From positions 6,810,001-6,842,000 of the forward strand of contig NZ_CP042911.1 of assembly GCF_008065095.1 (NCBI RefSeq): a stretch of DNA of 32,000 nt, written 5' to 3'. A program made the position numbers and the translations under genes. The stretch is from Gemmata obscuriglobus (GTDB lineage: Bacteria > Planctomycetota > Planctomycetia > Gemmatales > Gemmataceae). Positions within the stretch are counted from its first letter, which is position 1. Each line of letters opens with the position of its first letter. Positions 7,949 to 15,335 of this stretch are shown here, piece by piece. The notes under the pieces were generated by a model, which did not search any database, had not been told where the DNA came from, and worked only from the letters and a program-made list of their open reading frames with translations.

Positions 7949-9160
7949 TCACTTCGTTGGCGGGGCGGTCGGCTGCGGCGTCAGCTTCATGTCGTCTTTG
8001 AGCAGTTCCTCCATCAGCTTCACGCGCTCGGGGTTGTCTTTGCGCACCTTCTCGACGTGGGCGGTCGCGGCGGCGTTCTTCGGGTCGGCCCAGCTCGCGG
8101 CCAGCGCGAACTTCAGGATCGCCCGGTTGTTGATCGGCAGCGTGTTGTGCGTTTCCTTGTCGGCGTACTTCAGCACCTCGCCGGTCATCTCCCACGCCTT
8201 CCACTTGCGCAGGTCGTCGATCGGCATGTCCGCGAGGTCCGCGTGCGTGACGAGCGTCGTCATGCCGTCCAAAATCTGCTTCCGGGTCAGCACGTCGGGG
8301 CGGTACTCCCAGAAGAACCGCAGCGTCTTCAGCCCCGAGTGCTTCACCAGGAACACGTTCGAGGGGTCGGCGACGAGCTTCATCAGGTACTCGTACCCGG
8401 CCTTCGGGTCGAGCAGCAGGTAGCCCATCAGCAGCCCGTCGAGACCGCTGCTGAACTTGCCGTCCGGGGCGTCGAGGAGCTTGCGCACCTCGCTCGCCAG
8501 GGCCGGCCGGTCCTTGGGCGCGTGGCCCAGGAGCAGCCCGTACAGCCCGAACCGCGACGCCCGGGTGCTCGGGTCGCGCAGCCACTTCAGGAGGGTGTCG
8601 GTCGGGAGCTTCGGGGCGAGTTCGGCCACCTCCTTGTACTCGGCGACCGCGAACTCGTTGTAGGCGTCGCCGCTGATCTCGATCTCGGGCGACTCGAGGT
8701 AGTCGAAGAAGTACCGCAGCCGGGCGACGGCGTCCTTCCCCTTCACCGCCAGCGCGCCCTTCACGTACTCGGGCAGCTTGCTGTCCGTGCCCACGATCAC
8801 GCCGCGGTACGGGTCCACGTCGCCGTTGACGACGTTGAAGAACACCATGTACTTGGACGGCTTCTGGTCCGGCGGCACGTACCGCGGGATGGTGAACACC
8901 TTCTTGTCCTTGACCAGCGCGTGCTCCTTCACGACGGCGTCGATCACCATGTCGGTGCTGCCCTTCGAGGAACCCGGCTCCTTCGGGTCGGGCTTCGCGT
9001 TGTCGAGCGTGCCGTAAAGGATGAAGTCCGCCTGGGAGACCTCGGTGGTGAGGGTTTGTCCGGAGGGCGGCCCGCACCCCGGGCACGCCGCGGCGGGCGC
9101 GGCGAAGTCCAGACACGCGACCGCCACGAGGGCGACCGGTAAGAGGCAGCGGAACAGCAT
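7949..9160 (-). CDS. Secreted CxxC protein of unknown family (paralog 2), 403 aa
   Basis: ATG 9160 has GGAG 10 nt upstream. The alternative ATG 9199 has no SD. Signal peptide MLFRCLLPVALVAVACLDFAAPAAA is followed by CPGCG. Conserved blocks are shared with 6534-7691. Confidence 0.8.
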   Translation of the reverse strand: MLFRCLLPVALVAVACLDFAAPAAACPGCGPPSGQTLTTEVSQADFILYGTLDNAKPDPKEPGSSKGSTDMVIDAVVKEHALVKDKKVFTIPRYVPPDQKPSKYMVFFNVVNGDVDPYRGVIVGTDSKLPEYVKGALAVKGKDAVARLRYFFDYLESPEIEISGDAYNEFAVAEYKEVAELAPKLPTDTLLKWLRDPSTRASRFGLYGLLLGHAPKDRPALASEVRKLLDAPDGKFSSGLDGLLMGYLLLDPKAGYEYLMKLVADPSNVFLVKHSGLKTLRFFWEYRPDVLTRKQILDGMTTLVTHADLADMPIDDLRKWKAWEMTGEVLKYADKETHNTLPINNRAILKFALAASWADPKNAAATAHVEKVRKDNPERVKLMEELLKDDMKLTPQPTAPPTK

Positions 9161-9575
9161 TGTGGGGTCTCCAGCGGTGGGCCGGTGCGATACCGCCATT
9201 ATTTCGATTCGCCCGCGGTTGCCAAACGCGCAATGTCGTGGGGCCGCCGGAATATCACGACGTTAGACCGCTCTCCAGCAAGACCAGCCGCCGTCCCACC
9301 AGCCTGCACTTTCTGCGGTTGGGTCGGCGGCACTTCAGAATGTCGGTGGTTCCCGGGGTGCCCACCCGGCAGTCGACCGGGGGCATGATGGCGCTTACGT
9401 GGTTGGCCCGGTTGGGCGCGCGCCGCAAGAGCTTTTTGCCTGCGCGACCCGAACCACCCGACCTGAAAAGTTTACCCAACCACCTGGTACTAGTTGGCGC
9501 GGTTGCGGGAGCGGTGCACAATAATTCATCTCGCTTCTTCAACGCCACGGACCGGCGCGTACCGGAGTATCCGCC

Positions 9576-10169
9576 GTGTCTACTCAAGTGCCATCGATTT
9601 ACACCATTGTGCGCGGACTGTTAACCGAGAACATTGACCTCCCGACCGACGACATCCTCAGCCGGGTGAAGGCTCAGGGCGTGTCCAAGCCCGACGCGGA
9701 CATTCGCCGCGCGGTCAACAACACCCGGAGCGAACTGCGCAAGCGGAGCAAGAGCAAAGTCAAAAGCGCCCCTGCCGCCTCCAAGTCTCCCTACTCGATC
9801 GCCCGTGAGCTGCTGACCGCAGACCCGACGCTCTCGAACGACGACGTTCTCGCCAAGGTCAAGGCTCGGGGGGTGACGAAGAGCGACACCGCTATCCGCG
9901 AGGCCATCCGGACCACCCGCCGCGACGTGCTCGGCGCGAAGCCCGTGCCGACCGCGGCCCGCGCGACGGCGGAACCGAAGCCCGCCGCGCCCGACGAGGC
10001 GGTTCTATTCCGCGTGATCGGACAGGTTAACAAGACGGCTCAACTGTGCGGCGGGGTGTCGAATGCGCGGACCGTTGCCGAGGCCATTCGGGCGTGCGGC
10101 GGGGTCGATGTGTTTCTCCGGCGGTTGGACCTCGTGGCCGAAATTCTCGGGTCCGAAACCGAACTATGA
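9576..10169 (+). CDS. Hypothetical protein with an internal tandem duplication of a domain of about 47 aa, 197 aa
   Basis: GTG start with GGAG about 10 nt upstream. Residues 9-54 and 73-118 align (about 22/47 identical by hand), separated by Lys/Ser/Ala-rich linkers. GC3-rich codon usage. No family recognised. Confidence 0.65.
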   Translation: MSTQVPSIYTIVRGLLTENIDLPTDDILSRVKAQGVSKPDADIRRAVNNTRSELRKRSKSKVKSAPAASKSPYSIARELLTADPTLSNDDVLAKVKARGVTKSDTAIREAIRTTRRDVLGAKPVPTAARATAEPKPAAPDEAVLFRVIGQVNKTAQLCGGVSNARTVAEAIRACGGVDVFLRRLDLVAEILGSETEL

Positions 10170-10172
10170 ATT

Positions 10173-10195
10173 GCGCCCGGTTGCACCCCGGGCGC
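10173..10195 (+). terminator. GC-rich hairpin immediately after the 197-aa gene
   Basis: GCGCCCGG-TTGCACC-CCGGGCGC, an 8-bp perfect stem 4 nt after the TGA stop. No U tract. Confidence 0.35.
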
Positions 10196-10471
10196 CGAGA
10201 GGGTGCCTCGTCTGTTGACGAGCTTGAAGTTACGAATGTCACGTTAGATCGTTCGGCGTTGGGCCGCTCACGCGAGTTCAACGCCGAGCAGTTCGCCTGC
10301 CGTCGGTCTCATCACGTCTCGGGAACTTGAAACGTCTGCGCTCCGCCCGGCACGCGGCTTGCGTCATTACGCTCGCCGGTTTCCGGACACGTGGAGCCGG
10401 CCGCGCCGAGCACGGTCATGCGCACACGCGCGACCGCCCGTTCCTCGCGCCCTCAACTGACAGCCCAACTG

Positions 10472-11746
10472 ATGCGAACACTCTCACTTTTCATCGCCAC
10501 GTTCTCCTCTGGCGCGATCGTGCTGGCGGCAGATCCGACGCAGCCGCCCCAGCTACCGCCGCCCTTCGAGACGAAATCGGTCACGAAGCACCCGAAGGTG
10601 ATCGACTGGCCGACCGGGAAAACGCCGACCGCCCCGCCGGGTTTCACCGTAACCCTCTACGCGGACGGGTTCGACAGCCCGCGGTGGCTGTACGCGCTGC
10701 CGAACGGCGACCTCTTGGTCGCTGAGGCCCGAACGCTGCCGAAGCCGAACCCGAAGCCCGAAGAAAAGGAGGGGATGAAGAAGTCGAAGACGGTGACGGG
10801 AACTTCGGCCAACCGCGTCACGCTGCTGCGCGACGCCGACAAGGACGGTAAGCCTGAAAAACGCGAGACGTTTCTCATCGGGCTCAACCAGCCGCTCGGC
10901 ATGGCGCTGATCGGCGAGACGCTGTTCGTCGCGAACACGGACGGCGTGGTGAAGTTCCCGTACAAACCGGGCGAAACCAAGATCGAGGCGAAGGGGACGC
11001 CGATCCTGCACCTGCCGCTCGGCGGCTACAACAACCACTGGACGCGGAACCTGCTCGCGAACGCGGACGGCTCGAAGCTGTACGTGTCGGTCGGGTCGGC
11101 GTCGAACGTGGGCGAGAAGGGGATGAAGGAGGAGGCGCTCCGCGCCAACATCCTCGAAGTGAACCCCGACGGCACCGGGCTGCGCGTCTTCGCGGCCGGT
11201 CTGCGGAACCCGGTGGGAATGGCGTGGGAACCGCGGACGAAGGCCCTGTGGACCGCCGTCAACGAGCGCGACGAACTGGGTGACGAACTGGTCCCGGATT
11301 ACATCACGTCCGTGAAGGACGGCGGGTTCTACGGCTGGCCGTACAGCTACTACGGCAAAACCGAGGACCCGCGGCGCAAGGGCGAGCGCCCGGACCTCGT
11401 GGCGAAAGCGGTGGCGCCGGACGTGGCGGTCGGCTCGCACACCGCCTCGCTGGGGCTGTGCTTCTACACCGGGGCGGCGTTCCCCGACAAGTACCGCGGC
11501 GGCGCGTTCGTGGGCCAGCGCGGGTCGTGGAACCGGTCGAAGTTTGCGGGGTACAAGGTGGGGTTTGTGCCGTTCAAGGACGGCAAGCCCTCGGGCGAGA
11601 TGGAAGACTTCCTGACCGGCTTCATCGCCAACGACGACGAGGTGTACGGCCGCCCGGTGTGCGTGTGCGTGGCGCCGGACGGGGCGCTGCTCGTCACCGA
11701 CGACGTGACCAACAAGATCTGGCGCGTCGCCCCGGAGAAGAAGTGA
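10472..11746 (+). CDS. PQQ-dependent sugar (sorbosone/glucose) dehydrogenase family protein, secreted
   Basis: Beta-propeller family motifs: [34 protein letters not shown], and the C-terminal [14 protein letters not shown]. Signal peptide [20 protein letters not shown] starts at ATG 10472. Alternative upstream starts are 10391 and 10418. Confidence 0.85.
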   Translation: MRTLSLFIATFSSGAIVLAADPTQPPQLPPPFETKSVTKHPKVIDWPTGKTPTAPPGFTVTLYADGFDSPRWLYALPNGDLLVAEARTLPKPNPKPEEKEGMKKSKTVTGTSANRVTLLRDADKDGKPEKRETFLIGLNQPLGMALIGETLFVANTDGVVKFPYKPGETKIEAKGTPILHLPLGGYNNHWTRNLLANADGSKLYVSVGSASNVGEKGMKEEALRANILEVNPDGTGLRVFAAGLRNPVGMAWEPRTKALWTAVNERDELGDELVPDYITSVKDGGFYGWPYSYYGKTEDPRRKGERPDLVAKAVAPDVAVGSHTASLGLCFYTGAAFPDKYRGGAFVGQRGSWNRSKFAGYKVGFVPFKDGKPSGEMEDFLTGFIANDDEVYGRPVCVCVAPDGALLVTDDVTNKIWRVAPEKK

Positions 11747-11763
11747 CGCACTGCCTTTCTGGA

Positions 11764-11863
11764 GCGTGGGCCTCTGGGCCGCGCGGCCCCGCGCGTGGCG
11801 CCGCTTTGCGATCAATTCATGACTGGCACGATGCGCGAAGCGGCGCGGCCCAGAGGCCCGCGC
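11764..11863. repeat. Inverted repeat: 17 bp perfect (21 bp with one G-U), arms 58 nt apart
   Basis: GGGCCTCTGGGCCGCGC at 11768-11784 and its exact reverse complement at 11843-11859. It sits between the dehydrogenase stop and the prepilin motif of the next gene. Confidence 0.85.
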
Positions 11864-12816
11864 CCCGGCGAAACGAGCGGTCCGCATTTACACTGATTGA
11901 GTTGCTGGTGGTGATCGCGATCATCGCGATCCTCATCGGATTACTGCTGCCCGCCGTTCAGAAGGTGCGCGAGGCGGCGGCCCGCATGAGGTGTCAAAAC
12001 AACCTCAAGCAAATCGGGCTCGCGCTCCACAACTACCACGGCACCGCCGGTCGCCTCCCGGCCGGGCGCGGCGCCCCCACCCCGCGGGTGTTCTCGCCGC
12101 ACGCCTACCTGCTTCCGCACCTGGAGCAGGACAACCTCCGCGATCTCATCGACCTCGCAAGCCCGCCGACCACGTTCACCGTCCCGCCGTCCACCGTTTA
12201 CGACGGGGCACGCAACTACCCGGCCGCCACCACACTCGTGCGCGTCTTCGTGTGCCCCTCCGACCCGGTTGCGGGGCGCGTTCCGGGGTCGGCCTACGCC
12301 GGAACCACGTACGCGGCGTGCGCAGGTAGCGGGGCAAACTCCGGTTCGCTCACCGGTGCGGACGGGGTGTTCTTCCTGGGCTCCGCGGTGCGCCTGGAAG
12401 ACATCACCGACGGCACGTCGAGCACCGCCGCGTTTTCGGAGCGTTTCCTGGGCGACGGCGCACCGGGCGTAAACGATCCGCGAAAGGTGATGCTGGAACT
12501 CCCCGGCTCGGGGGACGCGACCGCGGCCACGTGCCAGCCGTCCGCGGGCACGTGGAACACCGATCGCGGCGCGAAGTGGATCTTGGGCAACTACGGCAAC
12601 ACGCTGTACAACCACGCGACCCCGCCGAACCCCGCCGGGTTCGACTGCTTGAACGCGACCCAACAGAAAGGCCGCATGGCGGCCCGGAGCGGTCACGGCG
12701 GCGGGGTGAACGTGCTCTTCTGCGACGGCGGCGTTCGGTTCGCGCGTGACGCCGTCGCGCCGGAAACGTGGCAAGCACTGGCGACCCGTTCCGGCGGCGA
12801 GGTGGTCGCGGAGTGA
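11806..12816 (+). CDS. DUF1559 / prepilin-type N-terminal cleavage-methylation domain protein with H-X9-DG motif
   Basis: [51 protein letters not shown] at the N-terminus and [12 protein letters not shown] near the C-terminus. The start is uncertain: TTG 11806 gives a 27-aa leader, and GTG 11743 overlaps the upstream TGA as GTGA. There is no in-frame ATG before the motif. Confidence 0.85.
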   Translation: MRSIHDWHDARSGAAQRPAPRRNERSAFTLIELLVVIAIIAILIGLLLPAVQKVREAAARMRCQNNLKQIGLALHNYHGTAGRLPAGRGAPTPRVFSPHAYLLPHLEQDNLRDLIDLASPPTTFTVPPSTVYDGARNYPAATTLVRVFVCPSDPVAGRVPGSAYAGTTYAACAGSGANSGSLTGADGVFFLGSAVRLEDITDGTSSTAAFSERFLGDGAPGVNDPRKVMLELPGSGDATAATCQPSAGTWNTDRGAKWILGNYGNTLYNHATPPNPAGFDCLNATQQKGRMAARSGHGGGVNVLFCDGGVRFARDAVAPETWQALATRSGGEVVAE

Positions 12817-12850
12817 CATTGACTCACGATGGCCCAGGGCCTTACTCGGC

Positions 12851-12980
12851 GCTTGCCCGCCCTGGGACCGCGGACGTCCCGTCCGCTGCTTCGGGGATGG
12901 AGTCGCTCACCGGACGTTCGTGACGCGACCACACGTGCTAACCGGCGGACGGGACGTCCGCGGTCCCAGGGCAGGCAGGC
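12851..12980. repeat. Long inverted repeat: 28 bp perfect, about 36 bp with one mismatch and one G-U, 58-nt spacer
   Basis: GCCCTGGGACCGCGGACGTCCCGTCCGC at 12859-12886 and its exact reverse complement at 12945-12972. Pairing continues to 12851/12980. It lies between convergent genes ending at 12816 (+) and 13031 (-). Confidence 0.9.
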
Positions 12981-13030
12981 TCGGCAGCATCACGCGCTTT
13001 CGCAGCACTCGAAACGATCGGTTCGGTCCG

Positions 13031-13789
13031 CTACGCCGACGGAAACTCGGTGAAGTCGTGGTAGCCGAACAGATCGATCTCGGCGGAGTGGTCGCGGGCG
13101 AGACGCCGCAGGTGAGCTAAACTTTCGATCCGCCGGACGTTGTCGTCGGCCCGCTGAGCGGTCAGCGCCGACACCGGGTGATCGTCGCGTTCCAGTTCGA
13201 CGCGAAGGTAGTACGCATCCCCGACGTGTAGCACCCACCGCGTGCCCTGTCGTACCGCAACTCCGCAGTGCCCAACGGTGTGTCCGAACAGGGGTACGAG
13301 CAGTACTTCTGAAGCGAACCCGGGCGAGACGGGCCGTGCGTCCAACCCAAACCAATTCATCCCGGGAGCCGAGTGCAGTTTCCAGTCGACACCGTGCGCG
13401 AAGTGAGCCGGAACGTAACGCCAGTAGGCGTTGGCAACTGCCGCGTGCTCTTCGACCGAGATATGGACCTGGGCGTGCGGGAAATCGGCGAGACCGCCGG
13501 TGTGGTCCGGGTCGGCGTGTGTGAGAACGATGTGATTCACGTCGGCGGTGCGGAACCCGAGCGATTCGATCCGCCGCGCCGCCGTCTGATCCTCGTGAAA
13601 CTGGAACCCGGCGGCGTCAATGAGCACCCGCCCGACGCGTCCCAGTGGATCACGCACGTCGTGCAGGCCAATCCCGGTGTCCACGAGCGCAAGGCCGTTC
13701 GCGTCTTCCAGTAGCAAGCAGTGACAGGACGCGGCCGGGTTCGGCGGCGCGCGCAACGTGCCACAGTTCAGATGATGGATTCGCGTCAT
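13031..13789 (-). CDS. MBL-fold metallo-hydrolase
   Basis: HxHxDH motif region VLTHADPDHTGG plus a downstream LFGHTVGH. Start taken at MTRIHHLNCGTL (ATG 13789). The track ORF extends to 13861. Confidence 0.85.
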   Translation of the reverse strand: MTRIHHLNCGTLRAPPNPAASCHCLLLEDANGLALVDTGIGLHDVRDPLGRVGRVLIDAAGFQFHEDQTAARRIESLGFRTADVNHIVLTHADPDHTGGLADFPHAQVHISVEEHAAVANAYWRYVPAHFAHGVDWKLHSAPGMNWFGLDARPVSPGFASEVLLVPLFGHTVGHCGVAVRQGTRWVLHVGDAYYLRVELERDDHPVSALTAQRADDNVRRIESLAHLRRLARDHSAEIDLFGYHDFTEFPSA

Positions 13790-13885
13790 GGACGCCCGCC
13801 CGGTTCCGAAGGTCGCGCGCGTCCGCCCGGCACATCCCACGACCGACGGGCCGAAGTGCACGCCCCCCGGAACCGCGCCAACGAG

Positions 13886-15301
13886 CTACGCGATGATCTC
13901 TTTCACCACGTTGCCGTGAACGTCGGTGAGCCGGAAGTCGCGGCCGGCGTGCTTGTACGTGAGCTTCTCGTGGTTCAACCCGAGCAGGTGCAGGATCGTC
14001 GCGTGCAAGTCGTGGATGTGGACCTTGTCCTCGGTCGCGTAGTAGCCGTACTCGTCGGTCGCGCCGAGCGAGAACCCGGCCTTCACCCCGCCGCCGGCCA
14101 GGAAGATGGTGAACGCGTGCGGGTTGTGGTCCCGGCCGTCCTTCCCCTGGGCCACCGGGGTGCGGCCGAACTCGCCGGCCCAGATCACCAGTGTGTCCTT
14201 CAACAGCCCCCGCGCCTTCAGGTCCGTGAGCAGCCCCGCGATCGGCTTGTCCACCTCGCGGGCGTTGCTCGTGTGGTCCTTCTTCAGGTTCTCGTGCTGG
14301 TCCCACTTGTAGCTGTGGCTGCACTGCACGAACCGCACCCCGGCTTCCGAGTACCGGCGGGCCATCAGGCACTGCCGGCCGAAGCTCTCCGTCACCTTGT
14401 CGTCGATGCCGTAAAGCTTCAGCGTTTCGGCCGATTCCTTCGACAGGTCCTGCACCGCCGGCGCGGTGTTCTGCATCCGGAAGGCCATCTCGAACGACTG
14501 GAGCCGGCCGTCGGTCGCGGCGTCGGCCCCGCCCGCGCGCTCGCTCTCGAGGCCCGCGAGCAGGTCCAGTTCCAGCCGCTGCTGAGCCGCGGGCGTGGTC
14601 CCCTTCACAAAGGGCACGGTCACCTGGTTGATCGGCGCGCCCGCGCTGCCCAGCGGTGTCGCCTGGTACGCGGCCGGCAGGAACGCCGACGAGTAGTTGT
14701 TCACGCCGCCATGCGACAGCGTGGGGCAGATGGTGAGGTACCCCGGCAGGTCGCGGTTCTCCGTGCCCAACCCGTAGGTGACCCACGACCCCATGCTCGG
14801 GCGCACGAACGTGTCGGACCCGGTGTGCAGTTCGAGCAGCGCCCCGCCGTGCCGCGAGTTCGACCCGTGCATGGACTTGATGAAGCACAGCTCGTCGGCC
14901 TTGCTCCCGATGTGCGGGAACAGCTCGGACACCCACGCCCCGCTTTGCCCGTACTGCTTGAACGCGAACGGCGACTTCAGGAGGTTGCCCGTCGGCCCCG
15001 ACACCACCCGCGGCTTGGCGAACGGGAGCGGCTTGCCGTCGTGCTCGGCCAGTTTGGGCTTGTAGTCGAACGTGTCGACCTGACTCGGGCCGCCGTGCAT
15101 GAACAGGAAGATGACCCGCTTCGCCTTCGGCTCGAAGTGCGGCTTCTTCAGCGCCAGCGGGTCCGGGCGCCCGGACCGACCGGTTTCCGCGGCGCGGCTT
15201 TCTGTCGCGAGGAGGTCGGCGAGCGCGAGCCAGCCGAACCCCAGGGCGGTGGAGCGGAGCATCTCGCGCCGGGTGGCGAGCGCGGTCAGGTTCGGACGCA
15301 T
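13886..15301 (-). CDS. DUF1501 domain protein (sulfatase/alkaline-phosphatase-like), Tat signal
   Basis: Twin-arginine leader MRPNLTALATRREMLRSTALGFGWLA. Family blocks VIFLFMHGGPSQVDTFDYKP and LVIWAGEFGRTP. ATG 15301 has GAGGA 8 nt upstream. Confidence 0.88.
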   Translation of the reverse strand: MRPNLTALATRREMLRSTALGFGWLALADLLATESRAAETGRSGRPDPLALKKPHFEPKAKRVIFLFMHGGPSQVDTFDYKPKLAEHDGKPLPFAKPRVVSGPTGNLLKSPFAFKQYGQSGAWVSELFPHIGSKADELCFIKSMHGSNSRHGGALLELHTGSDTFVRPSMGSWVTYGLGTENRDLPGYLTICPTLSHGGVNNYSSAFLPAAYQATPLGSAGAPINQVTVPFVKGTTPAAQQRLELDLLAGLESERAGGADAATDGRLQSFEMAFRMQNTAPAVQDLSKESAETLKLYGIDDKVTESFGRQCLMARRYSEAGVRFVQCSHSYKWDQHENLKKDHTSNAREVDKPIAGLLTDLKARGLLKDTLVIWAGEFGRTPVAQGKDGRDHNPHAFTIFLAGGGVKAGFSLGATDEYGYYATEDKVHIHDLHATILHLLGLNHEKLTYKHAGRDFRLTDVHGNVVKEIIA

Positions 15302-15335
15302 GGTCGGTTCCTCGCGCAAGGTGGGATCTTCGTCT

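Noticed and set aside
6534-9160. Heme-c attachment for the CxxC motifs of the two paralogs
   Set aside because: The motifs are CTFCG and CPGCG with no following His, so they are not CxxCH sites. The genuine CxxCH in this window is CVSCH in the PSCyt/DUF1553 protein.
6534-9233. 899-aa ORF in the track, which would make one giant minus-strand gene
   Set aside because: Only the last 385 aa (from ATG 7691, with an SD and a signal peptide) look like protein. The upstream 514 aa are Arg/Gly/Pro/Ala-rich shadow sequence, out of frame with the real paralog 2 gene (7949-9160) on the same strand.
10214-10250. Sigma-70-like promoter (TTGACG ... TTAGAT) upstream of the sugar dehydrogenase
   Set aside because: Spacing between candidate -35 and -10 hexamers is wrong (14 or 23 nt), and planctomycete promoter consensus is not well enough known to call it.
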